Source: a virus
Length of the DNA: 64,000 nucleotides
Virus record (IMG/VR): IMGVR_UViG_3300036715_001865
Span: 1-64,000 of that record
Reading direction: 5' to 3' (one strand)
Both the position numbers and the translations under genes were made by a program. Below are positions 1 through 8,406 of the stretch, in pieces. Below the pieces are notes generated by a model. It did no database searches. It worked only from the letters and a program-made list of their open reading frames with translations, and was not told where the DNA came from. Numbering within the stretch: the stretch's first letter is position 1; every line of letters begins with the position of its first letter.

Positions 1-127
1 TCAATAACTGGTTCAATAACTGGTTCAATAACTGGTTCAATAACTGGTTCAATAACTGGTTCAATAACTGGTTCAATAACTGGTTCAATAACTGGTTCAA
101 TAACTGGTTCAATAACTGGTTCAATAA
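1..127 (-). repeat. 12-bp tandem repeat (TCAATAACTGGT), at least 10.5 copies, coding for EPVI
   Basis: Ten perfect copies at 1-120 plus a partial copy at 121-127; in frame with the ORF starting at 809; truncated by the window edge. Confidence 0.95.
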
Positions 128-809
128 GAACTTGCCTCTTTTTAATTGCAACATTCACTGCAATAGTTAAGGCAACAGCCATAGGGTCAAACACCAAAAT
201 AATTAAGTATATGAGATATTTGATTGCATCGTCTGATTCCATCCCAACTGCTTTTGCAATATAGGTGATAGGCCCCACATGAGACTCAGTTTGAAGAACA
301 GATGATTTTATCTCTAAAATTTCAGCATCCAATTTACTTATTCTACTGGTTACTGTGGTTTGTTCCTCATTAAACCCACTCATCAGCTTCAACCTACCCT
401 TTGAAAAATCTGGCGGAAGATTAGCAATTTGGTTGTCAATTTGTTGTTTCCTGAGGATTATTCTATCCTTTTCTGTTTCCAACAATGCAACTTTTTGTTG
501 TAATTGTTTTAGTGGAAGTGTATCGGTTTGGTATCCTAAGCTCAAATATCCAAATATACCCATTGAGGTTAAACACATCAATGCTAATACCCCTATAATT
601 AGATAAGTTTTTAAAATCCATTGTGTTTCTGACCAAAACCGATATAAGTAAGAGGCCGCAACCAACTTACCTAGTTCGAGGGCACTACCCATCAACACAA
701 CAGACCAAAACGTCCCATGAAAAGTAGTAGCCAGTCCATACACACTAAAATACCCAGCAGCCCCTGCAATACTAACTGCCGCAATCATTAGCCATGCAAT
801 AAATAACAA
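1..809 (-). CDS. Membrane-anchored coiled-coil protein with C-terminal (EPVI)n repeat; partial, runs off the window start
   Basis: Not in the ORF track because no stop lies in the window. GGAG RBS at 817-820 and TTG start at 809. Reads (M)LFIAWLMIAAVSIAGAAGYFSVYGLATTF...LGKLVAASYLY, several hydrophobic helices, then a coiled coil and a further TM, staying open into the repeat. Confidence 0.8.
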   Translation of the reverse strand, partial: MLFIAWLMIAAVSIAGAAGYFSVYGLATTFHGTFWSVVLMGSALELGKLVAASYLYRFWSETQWILKTYLIIGVLALMCLTSMGIFGYLSLGYQTDTLPLKQLQQKVALLETEKDRIILRKQQIDNQIANLPPDFSKGRLKLMSGFNEEQTTVTSRISKLDAEILEIKSSVLQTESHVGPITYIAKAVGMESDDAIKYLIYLIILVFDPMAVALTIAVNVAIKKRQVLIEPVIEPVIEPVIEPVIEPVIEPVIEPVIEPVIEPVIEPVI

Positions 810-811
810 GG

Positions 812-1129
812 TTATACTCCTACTGCATCTCTATAGGCCAATACTTGATTTTCATCAGTTCTCCAGTATGTGGCTCCACCAAATCGGACACCAATCGTCC
901 ACTTGAGATTCTCGATAAGTATTTCTGTTATTCCACTGGATAATTCCTGTGAGCAATCGGGACCTAAGCTTACAATTTTTCCCCACCGAGAGGTTTTGAT
1001 GCTGGTATCAAAACCACTCATCAGTTCGATACCACCCAATGATTGTCCTTCACGAAATTCCCCTCGGGAATTTACTTCTTCAACGAATTGAAATAAAATA
1101 TGATTCTGTATGGCATTAGGATGCTTCAT
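812..1129 (-). CDS. GroES/gp31-like co-chaperonin
   Basis: Probable start MKHPNAIQNHILFQ at 1129 (105 aa). GroES-like pattern of P..N.IL, a mobile loop with GGI, G.IVSLGP, and C-terminal DEnQVLA. Confidence 0.6.
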   Translation of the reverse strand: MKHPNAIQNHILFQFVEEVNSRGEFREGQSLGGIELMSGFDTSIKTSRWGKIVSLGPDCSQELSSGITEILIENLKWTIGVRFGGATYWRTDENQVLAYRDAVGV

Positions 1130-1406
1130 TGCTTTTCCTTTTGGGTTTAATTGAGGCGGTCTCAACTTCAGGAGGTAAATCTGTTGGCGGAACAATCGTT
1201 TCTCCAACATCCAATGGTGCTACATTTACTTCGGCTTCTACCTGTTTAATTTGTCTCGCTAACCGTCTTCTTGATTTTTGATCAATAAAATCTTCTCGAG
1301 CTTTTACTGTTACAGCTTTGGGAGCATTAGCAATTTGTTCCTTGATTTTCATCAAATCAAAATCTACTATAACCCCTCTTGCGCTCTTAACTCCTTTTTC
1401 TGCCAT
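1116..1406 (-). CDS. Hypothetical protein (96 aa)
   Basis: RBS GGAG upstream; tightly packed with neighbours. Confidence 0.7.
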   Translation of the reverse strand: MAEKGVKSARGVIVDFDLMKIKEQIANAPKAVTVKAREDFIDQKSRRRLARQIKQVEAEVNVAPLDVGETIVPPTDLPPEVETASIKPKRKSNEAS

Positions 1407-1417
1407 GCTTATTCTCC

Positions 1418-1987
1418 TTAATTATGCAAAAAATCGTTGATGTCTAGTTCATATTTAAAACTGTCTACATCATGTGCTCCAATTACATACAATACGTAAC
1501 TAGACACACTACTACCTCGTCCTACCCCCCACACTTCATTGGACAATGATAATGTATTTATAACGTAAATAATGGTCCGTAATACTTCCACGAGACCCTT
1601 CTGGTAATATATAGATAATTCTGTGGCTAATCTTAATTCTCGTTGATTAATTTGATCATCAGTATAATCAATACACATATCAGCATGTAAAGTAGCCACA
1701 TACTCAGCTACATCCAAATGTTGGTAATTTCCTGGCAAATTCCACTCATAATTTAGGACTCCACAATCAATTTTTTGCTGTATTTGCTGATTGTCATCCG
1801 CCAGTTTATTGTATTCGATAATATCAGGAGTAATGTAATCAACCCAATCCACACGAATGTTTTTAATCAATAGTGGTATAATAGTACCAGGATCATATGA
1901 TGATTTACCATCATACCACAATTTTCTATTGGATAATTGAGTATTATTCAAAGGCTGAATTGTAACCACCAGTTGATGTGTCCACAT
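1418..1987 (-). CDS. Stand-alone DnaE (Pol III alpha)-like fragment; probable start TTG ~1951
   Basis: VWGVGRGSSVSSYVLYVIGAHDVDSFKYELDINDFL matches the DnaE GxGRGS...L..Y..GI..IDP.KY.L.FERFL motif. The ORF ends immediately before the catalytic PDIDID. Confidence 0.7.
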   Translation of the reverse strand: MWTHQLVVTIQPLNNTQLSNRKLWYDGKSSYDPGTIIPLLIKNIRVDWVDYITPDIIEYNKLADDNQQIQQKIDCGVLNYEWNLPGNYQHLDVAEYVATLHADMCIDYTDDQINQRELRLATELSIYYQKGLVEVLRTIIYVINTLSLSNEVWGVGRGSSVSSYVLYVIGAHDVDSFKYELDINDFLHN

Positions 1988-2321
1988 TTGGGGTTCTTAC
2001 AGGTGCTGTTGGGTTATCAGCATTAGCAAACAGTGCTGCATTATGTGCTGGTTGAACTGGTTGGACCATACTTAACCCTGATGCTGCATGAGAGACTGGT
2101 ATTGTTGGGTCTCTGTATATGGGCTCAGGTGGAATAGTTGTAACAGGGGATGCCACAATAGGTTGAGCTACTGGTTGTACCTGTGGTGTATCCATCACAC
2201 TATCGATTTTATTTCTTATGATTGCCCACTGGCGATCATCTGGCACCCAGTTTGATGGCTGCATTTCTTCCACACCAGCTAACCACATTCTAAATTCGCG
2301 TATTGTTATTTCTTGTTCCAT
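1944..2321 (-). CDS. Hypothetical protein (125 aa)
   Basis: RBS GGAG, ATG start, operon packing. Confidence 0.75.
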   Translation of the reverse strand: MEQEITIREFRMWLAGVEEMQPSNWVPDDRQWAIIRNKIDSVMDTPQVQPVAQPIVASPVTTIPPEPIYRDPTIPVSHAASGLSMVQPVQPAHNAALFANADNPTAPVRTPNVDTSTGGYNSAFE

Positions 2322-2366
2322 GTATATCTCCTATAATTAAATGGAATTGGTCAGTGGGACTATATT

Positions 2367-2858
2367 TTATGGCCCTACTAAGTCACCGACTGTTTTATTC
2401 TTTAAATACTTATTGAAACTATCTGACGGGGATAAATTAATCCATTCGTCACTTGATATTGGGTGGCACAACATTTGGTGCTTATTTAAAGAAGGACTCA
2501 CGTTCTTGTGCTCAACAAAGTAATTGGTAACAATGATTTTACCAGGAGTTGGATAAGATTTATTTGGTCCATATACCAACGCTGTAAACTCACGTCCAGC
2601 TGTTTCTGACAGTTCAACCACATCCAATTGGGTAGTATCACTGTCATATACCAACACATTCCACCCAGCTGGAACATTAAATGTGAATCCATTAATTTGT
2701 ATTTGCATTGTTGGACATATAATCTCTTCTAACATCACAAGTGGGGCTAAAGTGAAATCTTCCTGATTTAGGTCCAACACCCAAAAATACTCAGTGGGTG
2801 TTGGACCATGAATACTTTCAATTATAATTGGCTCATCGTGTTCGTCTAAAATTAACAT
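2367..2858 (-). CDS. Hypothetical beta-rich protein translationally coupled to uvsW
   Basis: Overlaps the uvsW stop; 163 aa. Confidence 0.75.
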   Translation of the reverse strand: MLILDEHDEPIIIESIHGPTPTEYFWVLDLNQEDFTLAPLVMLEEIICPTMQIQINGFTFNVPAGWNVLVYDSDTTQLDVVELSETAGREFTALVYGPNKSYPTPGKIIVTNYFVEHKNVSPSLNKHQMLCHPISSDEWINLSPSDSFNKYLKNKTVGDLVGP

Positions 2859-4375
2859 ATTAAATCCTTTTTGTAGTCATAATCAACTATTTGTTTTGTG
2901 TGGGGATACTTAGCCTCTTTATAAAAAGAAAGTCTATGTGTTAAATGTTTTTGTCCATACTTTAAATCGCTACAAATATCAGTATAGGTAACGTGAGTTT
3001 TATCCTCAAACCTCCGTAAACCTCTACCAATACCTTGTATTACTCTTATAAACGACTTCCCTATATCCACAGATACCAAATTAAAAATCCTATTGATACT
3101 TAACCCTGTTCCAACAATGTGTACTGTGGCAATCACAATTAGGTCATCTCTAGTTTTAAATAAATCATATATCGCTTTCCGTTTATTTGGATCTTTTACG
3201 TCTTGGCCATTTACAAATATAGCACCTGGAATTTTTTCTGCAATTCGTCTTCCTAGTGATATACTATCCACTAAACATAGCACATTCCCAGTAAGAGCAG
3301 CTTTTTCTTGCAATAAATTAGCTATCCACTCAATTCGCGGTTCTTTTCTGTGTATATACGATTTTTCAGAATCATAATCTGGGAAATATCCGCTTTTAAA
3401 TTGTTTGTATGTTAATTTAGAGGCAGTCCCACAGTCTAACACATATTCACTATATTCTTGTGTAAGGTTCTCTTCCAATTGTAATATATCAATTTGAATA
3501 GTAGATAAAATTTTCTTTTGCATCAATTCATGTGCAGTGATTGTACATCTCACAGGACCTAGAGCCAAGTGGACTGCCATTAAGTCACATTTTTCTTTTG
3601 GCAAAGTTCCAGTTACCCCAAACCTGTGAGGAATAGTTCCTGCATGGTCTGTTAATATTTTACTTAACGCAGGGCCCTTAGCTCCATGACACTCATCCAC
3701 AATTACAATTTGAAAAGTACTAACTAACAATGGGTTATTTTTTAATGCTTGCCAGGTAGATACAATATGTTGGTGGTTTAAATTTTTATTTTTTCCACTA
3801 TATTCTCCAGTATCTAATTCACAATTTATATAATCTGCTTTTGTTTGTTTAATAAGATCCTGTGACGGAACAATTGTTAATGTTCTAAGTCCGAGGTTAC
3901 CATACACATAACATATCGCTGCAGTGATAAGCGTCTTACCCGCTGAAGTACTTGCTAAAATAATACCATTACCATCGTCCAATACAGAATTGACTGCATC
4001 TACCTGATGCTCTCTCAGCTCAATAGGTTCCCCTGTATCCAAATGAATAATGTTACTAAAAATATCTTTATCAATACGTTCTGGATAAAATGCTTTTGTA
4101 ACACGCAAATCTTCCAACTCGAGAGCATACCCAAAATTCTTCAAATCAATCAATATTTGATCAATTAAAAACAAATAAGTCTTCCCATCTTTACCAAAAA
4201 ATTTTATTTTACCGTCCCACCGTCCTAGTTTATATAACGGGTTGAAAAAATAATTATCAGTAAGGATGGCAAATTTATCTATAAAATGGTTGAGGTGAGT
4301 ACCGTGGAGACCCACCACCATGATATTCACTTCATCCACAATTTTTATTTTTGCTACTTTTTTTGACATATCCAT
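2852..4375 (-). CDS. uvsW: UvsW-like SF2 DNA helicase
   Basis: LREHQ Q-motif, ASTSAGKT Walker A variant, IVDECH, GVTGT, GTGLSI and QGIGRGLR; next to uvsY/uvsX. Confidence 0.9.
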   Translation of the reverse strand: MDMSKKVAKIKIVDEVNIMVVGLHGTHLNHFIDKFAILTDNYFFNPLYKLGRWDGKIKFFGKDGKTYLFLIDQILIDLKNFGYALELEDLRVTKAFYPERIDKDIFSNIIHLDTGEPIELREHQVDAVNSVLDDGNGIILASTSAGKTLITAAICYVYGNLGLRTLTIVPSQDLIKQTKADYINCELDTGEYSGKNKNLNHQHIVSTWQALKNNPLLVSTFQIVIVDECHGAKGPALSKILTDHAGTIPHRFGVTGTLPKEKCDLMAVHLALGPVRCTITAHELMQKKILSTIQIDILQLEENLTQEYSEYVLDCGTASKLTYKQFKSGYFPDYDSEKSYIHRKEPRIEWIANLLQEKAALTGNVLCLVDSISLGRRIAEKIPGAIFVNGQDVKDPNKRKAIYDLFKTRDDLIVIATVHIVGTGLSINRIFNLVSVDIGKSFIRVIQGIGRGLRRFEDKTHVTYTDICSDLKYGQKHLTHRLSFYKEAKYPHTKQIVDYDYKKDLIC

Positions 4376-4380
4376 GTGTA

Positions 4381-4839
4381 TTATAAAGAGTCCTTGTGTA
4401 TATCGTTAATTTTGGCTGCTGTGATATCCCGTAACGCAAAACCTCTACGGTTAAACGCATCTAGTACACTTTTGTATTTCTCAGCAAGTTCTTGTACTTC
4501 AAGTGATAGTACATGCATATCGACAAAATCATCTTCCCTATCAATATACTTATCCACAACTCGCTCTCCCAATTGTCTACTATAATTTTCAGTATATTTG
4601 ACAAACAAAGACCCTCTAATCCGTTTGGTTTGCATGTCAATATACTTTATGATAATACCAAGCTCGGCAGCTCGTTCCCCATAATATGCAGCCCATGTCG
4701 CCTGTTCTTTAAGTGCCTGCTCCAATGTTTTACCGGATATCGACAATTTTTCCGCAAAATCACTTAAATCATCTTCGTATTGTGTGATTAATTGTGGGAG
4801 TTTGCTGAAATTATTACCTAATTTATCAATTATACTCAT
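4381..4839 (-). CDS. uvsY: UvsY-like recombination mediator
   Basis: 152-aa all-helical protein with the YTENYSRQL...VDKYID.E and F.RRGF.L..I pattern; located between uvsW and uvsX. Confidence 0.75.
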   Translation of the reverse strand: MSIIDKLGNNFSKLPQLITQYEDDLSDFAEKLSISGKTLEQALKEQATWAAYYGERAAELGIIIKYIDMQTKRIRGSLFVKYTENYSRQLGERVVDKYIDREDDFVDMHVLSLEVQELAEKYKSVLDAFNRRGFALRDITAAKINDIHKDSL

Positions 4840-4916
4840 TGGTGTACACCACTTGTTCCACCATTATGGAGAACTAATCTTTCCAATTGTTCTTTAGTTA
4901 ATTGTGATGTTTTCAT
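4836..4916 (-). CDS. 26-aa small ORF bridging the nucleotidyltransferase and uvsY
   Basis: MKTSQLTKEQLERLVLHNGGTSGVHQ*, with ATGA overlaps at both ends; below the track's length cut-off. Confidence 0.5.
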   Translation of the reverse strand: MKTSQLTKEQLERLVLHNGGTSGVHQ

Positions 4917-5974
4917 TTCCACACAATCTCCTGTACTTCCATAATCAAACGTGCTATACGTTGTATATCTGGTGTTTTTGGTAGTGTTGTTTGTTTATAC
5001 AACACATTTTTAATTCGGTTGTCCATATCTTCAGCATATTCCAACAATTCTTCATATGTCCACTTACCGTTGCGAATGTCTAATAATTCAGCAGCATCAG
5101 GTCGTTTAACACGATACTCCCCTACTGTTAACACTTCTTCACCAATTCTCATCAAACGAACTAAATGCATTGCATGTTTTGAATCGTATCCAAACTTTTC
5201 TTCGAGTTCATTCCTGGCAACATTTCTGTTTTGTTTCCATGTCCAATAGTTTGACCAATAATCCTTAGCAGTATTATACTCACTTTTGTTGAATTTAATA
5301 ATGAATAAAGGTGTGCCTAAATTGTCACTATTTCCATCGTAGGTGGTATTTAAGTTACCAGTATCCAAATTGAATGTGCCAGCTCCACCATTTGCGTCAG
5401 GATATACTCCATACGTATCACCAGAAAATGGAATTAATCGATATCCTGTTTGATAATCATACAAATCAATTTTAAATATTTTTTCGGGTGTAAAATTGTG
5501 TACCAATGAGATGAATTTGCATTGTTCTGGTGCTTTTACTGGTTGTGGGTTATTAATCCATTTGTGGTGCCCTTTCACACGTTTGAGTTGAGCATAAGCA
5601 TACCCCGTTGTCGTAAAGGCAATTTTTGCACTTAAAAACAGATGTGAATTTGCGCGAAAGTGCTCATACGCAGGTGAAGCAAATACAATATCTGATTTAT
5701 CCACAAACAAACTTTCTAATATGTTTGGGTTACAATCAGCAGCCAATTTGCAAAATTGGCTCAGTTCATATATTGTGGTATCTTCTTCTGTGGTATCTTT
5801 GCACTCGTCTACCCGAAAAAATGGTGTACGAATATTAATTGGGTCAGCTACAAAGATGCCCCGATAATCAACATCAGATGTTGGTAAGTTTGTGCCATAT
5901 GCAATTGAACCTGCATAGTGTTTGACAATTAAATTGTCTTTAATTAGTTCAGATGCTTGTTTAACTTTCGTCAT
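4913..5974 (-). CDS. DNA polymerase-beta-superfamily nucleotidyltransferase (RlaP / Nuc-transf type)
   Basis: HYAGSIAYGTNLPTSDVDYRG (GS..YG....SDxD) plus NPNILESLF and the C-terminal YDSKHAMHLVRL...LLDIRNG. Confidence 0.85.
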   Translation of the reverse strand: MTKVKQASELIKDNLIVKHYAGSIAYGTNLPTSDVDYRGIFVADPINIRTPFFRVDECKDTTEEDTTIYELSQFCKLAADCNPNILESLFVDKSDIVFASPAYEHFRANSHLFLSAKIAFTTTGYAYAQLKRVKGHHKWINNPQPVKAPEQCKFISLVHNFTPEKIFKIDLYDYQTGYRLIPFSGDTYGVYPDANGGAGTFNLDTGNLNTTYDGNSDNLGTPLFIIKFNKSEYNTAKDYWSNYWTWKQNRNVARNELEEKFGYDSKHAMHLVRLMRIGEEVLTVGEYRVKRPDAAELLDIRNGKWTYEELLEYAEDMDNRIKNVLYKQTTLPKTPDIQRIARLIMEVQEIVWK

Positions 5975-6009
5975 TTTTTCTCCATAAAAAAAGGTATAAC
6001 ATTGAACAT

Positions 6010-6038
6010 ATTATACCTCTAATCTCATCAAATATCAA
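6010..6038 (-). promoter_or_regulatory. Sigma70-type early promoter TTGATA-17-TATAAT for the nucleotidyltransferase
   Basis: -35 at 6033-6038, -10 at 6010-6015, exact 17-bp spacer. Confidence 0.75.
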
Positions 6039-6054
6039 CTATTAATAAGTTGAA

Positions 6055-7182
6055 CTATGTTGTGGTAGCTTTCTCTTGTCTTTTTGCTTGTGCCGACAAC
6101 CCTTCTTCTGAAAAATCTTCTTCAACGTCAACAAAGTCACCCGATAACCGAGTGTCTGAATGTTGTTCACACAATTTCAGAATTTTGTCAGCATGTTGGT
6201 CAATATTCTTTGCGTACCATTTGTCATCTTCACCAACAATTTGGTTCCAAGCTCCTTTACTTTCAACAACCCCTAATTCTTTAGCCGCATCTAACAACCC
6301 TGAATATGGATTCATACCAGACTCATACGGTACTTCAATGGTTACTACAGAAAATGGAGCTGTAAACCTGGTTTTATATCCTTCACATTTCATTCTAATA
6401 CCAGCATATGATTGTGGCTTTCCACTTTCATCTTTTAGTTTTAGTTTTGAAAGTAATACAATTTGTGATGCTGCATATTTAACTGCATCACTAACAATCC
6501 AAACACCTTCACCATTAGTAACATCTTGGTTTTTATATACTTGTGAAGTACACACCAATGTTACATTTAATTTTTTGATATCTTGAACAAACGTTCTCAA
6601 CATCGCTTTTAATTGTTTGTTTCGTTGTCCTTGGTCACCCTTGGCATCACCTTTATCATAGTGTCCCAATTCCGTTTCAGTCATTAACATATCCAAACTA
6701 TCAATGAGAATAAAAACTTCAGGTGCATCTTCTGCTTCACCCATCTGTTTTTTGTACCCTTTTAAGAATGAAGAAACAACGTTAATAACTTGGGGAATAG
6801 TGGTAACTTCAACGTATTTGTAGCCATTGGTTACATCAACTCCAATTTTCGTCATAAAATCGTCATCCAATGCATTTTCACTGTCGATTACGAGAATATA
6901 TGCCCCTGATTGTTGTGCTGATTTAACTAGGTTGGCAGCAAGGAAACTTTTACCTGCTCCAGATGCTCCTGCTAAGTCAGTGACTCTACCTTGTGGTATT
7001 CCCCTAAAATAACTACCTGATATGATTCGATTTAAAACATAATTACCAGTAGAATACCAGTACCTTGGTGGTAACGAAGATGTTCCAATCCCAACCATTT
7101 TAGATAATTCTTTATCAAACTCTTTTAAGAACCCTAAATCAAGTGGTTTTTTACGGGTGTCCAATATGTCTGTTTTTTGCAT
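6055..7182 (-). CDS. uvsX: UvsX/RecA-like recombinase
   Basis: STGNYVLNRIISG, GASGAGKS Walker A, IDSENALD, LIDSLDML Walker B, G..VKY.ASQIV.LSK. Confidence 0.92.
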   Translation of the reverse strand: MQKTDILDTRKKPLDLGFLKEFDKELSKMVGIGTSSLPPRYWYSTGNYVLNRIISGSYFRGIPQGRVTDLAGASGAGKSFLAANLVKSAQQSGAYILVIDSENALDDDFMTKIGVDVTNGYKYVEVTTIPQVINVVSSFLKGYKKQMGEAEDAPEVFILIDSLDMLMTETELGHYDKGDAKGDQGQRNKQLKAMLRTFVQDIKKLNVTLVCTSQVYKNQDVTNGEGVWIVSDAVKYAASQIVLLSKLKLKDESGKPQSYAGIRMKCEGYKTRFTAPFSVVTIEVPYESGMNPYSGLLDAAKELGVVESKGAWNQIVGEDDKWYAKNIDQHADKILKLCEQHSDTRLSGDFVDVEEDFSEEGLSAQAKRQEKATTT

Positions 7183-7232
7183 GCGAACTCTCCCTGTTCA
7201 TTTGTGATTTTTTGTGTGGTGATATAAGTAAC

Positions 7233-7258
7233 ACCCCAACTGTAATTACAGTTGGGGT
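7233..7258. terminator. Perfect 26-bp palindrome after the ssb gene
   Basis: ACCCCAACTGTAATTACAGTTGGGGT; the U-tract on the minus strand is weak. Confidence 0.55.
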
Positions 7259-7265
7259 TTTACTA

Positions 7266-8201
7266 TTACTCAGATGCTGCTTGTTTTCTGCGAGCTCTAA
7301 TGGTTGCTAACATATCTTCAACTTCTGGATTTTCGCCAGAGTCAGATGTGGTAGCTGGAGAGTCGTTCCATGGAGCATCAGCGGTGATTGCAGCTTGAGG
7401 AGCTGCAGGTGCTGGTTTTGTTGAAGTAGATGGAGCATTCCAATTAGACTTTTCGTCTTCATATGTTTCGCCATTCATTTCTGCATCCAACATAGCTTGA
7501 ACTTTATCAACACCAGGGTGTTTAGGTAAAAGTGTAGCAAGATCAACCATACCAGCTTCAGCAACAGCTAATTCAGCATTGGTTAAAGCTCGTACTTTAT
7601 TGGTAAATTTTGTACCAACAGCATAACTAGCATACTTACCTTGTTCAGTTTTCTTAATAACAAAATCACAACCAATAGTGACGTCAGCTGGATGTCCTTC
7701 TAAATCAGGATCCGCCAAGCCTTCTTTGATAATATTAAGAAGTTGATATCCCATTGTTAACACTCTAACTTTGCCTAAGTGAGTTTCCCCAGTTTCAGGA
7801 TCAGCAGGTAGTGGATCTTCAATAATAATAGCCTGAGCTAATGTTTGGCGTTTTTTCCAATATTTCTTTCCGTTAATTTCATCCTTAACTTTGTAATAAG
7901 CCTGAGAAATTTTACAGATTGGACAATCTTCGCCATACATAGACAAACAAGGAATTTTACGCTCTTGCCCATTTATAACCAAGTGATGTTGGACTTTATC
8001 AACCATAAAGTGATGAGGATTTTCCTCATTTAAGTCAGGTAAAAATCGAACAACAACTCGTTGACCCACAGCCATAGACCAGAAAGGGTAATAGTTATTA
8101 ACGTAAGTGGATCCTGTGTTTGCGGTAGCATCAGCTCCAACATTGAGGGTTGCTTTAAGCACGGTTAAAGAAAGTGAACGGGTTTTAAGTGGTGATGTCA
8201 T
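7266..8201 (-). CDS. gp32: gp32-like single-stranded DNA-binding protein
   Basis: VRFLPD, CLSMYGEDCPIC zinc motif, G.DFVIKK...Y..Y, acidic C-terminal tail. Confidence 0.85.
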   Translation of the reverse strand: MTSPLKTRSLSLTVLKATLNVGADATANTGSTYVNNYYPFWSMAVGQRVVVRFLPDLNEENPHHFMVDKVQHHLVINGQERKIPCLSMYGEDCPICKISQAYYKVKDEINGKKYWKKRQTLAQAIIIEDPLPADPETGETHLGKVRVLTMGYQLLNIIKEGLADPDLEGHPADVTIGCDFVIKKTEQGKYASYAVGTKFTNKVRALTNAELAVAEAGMVDLATLLPKHPGVDKVQAMLDAEMNGETYEDEKSNWNAPSTSTKPAPAAPQAAITADAPWNDSPATTSDSGENPEVEDMLATIRARRKQAASE

Positions 8202-8281
8202 TGTGTAGTTCCTTATGTATTTGATTAATTTAATTCTTCCATTTTTTAAATATCGTAAACTTTTTCATTTACGACTTGATT

Positions 8282-8310
8282 ATTTTACTACAAAAGCAAA
8301 ATAAAAACAA
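8282..8310 (-). promoter_or_regulatory. Sigma70-type promoter TTGTTT-17-TAAAAT upstream of ssb
   Basis: -35 at 8305-8310, -10 at 8282-8287. Confidence 0.55.
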
Positions 8311-8406
8311 CATGAGGACAGATAAATATCTGTTGTATGGGAGCCTCTCTCCCAACCAATTGTAAATTGATATTGTATTTATAAGATATAACTGTTGGGT
8401 TACCTA

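Noticed and set aside
1-127. CRISPR array
   Set aside because: The 12-bp units abut with no spacers and lie in frame within a coding region; no cas genes are present.
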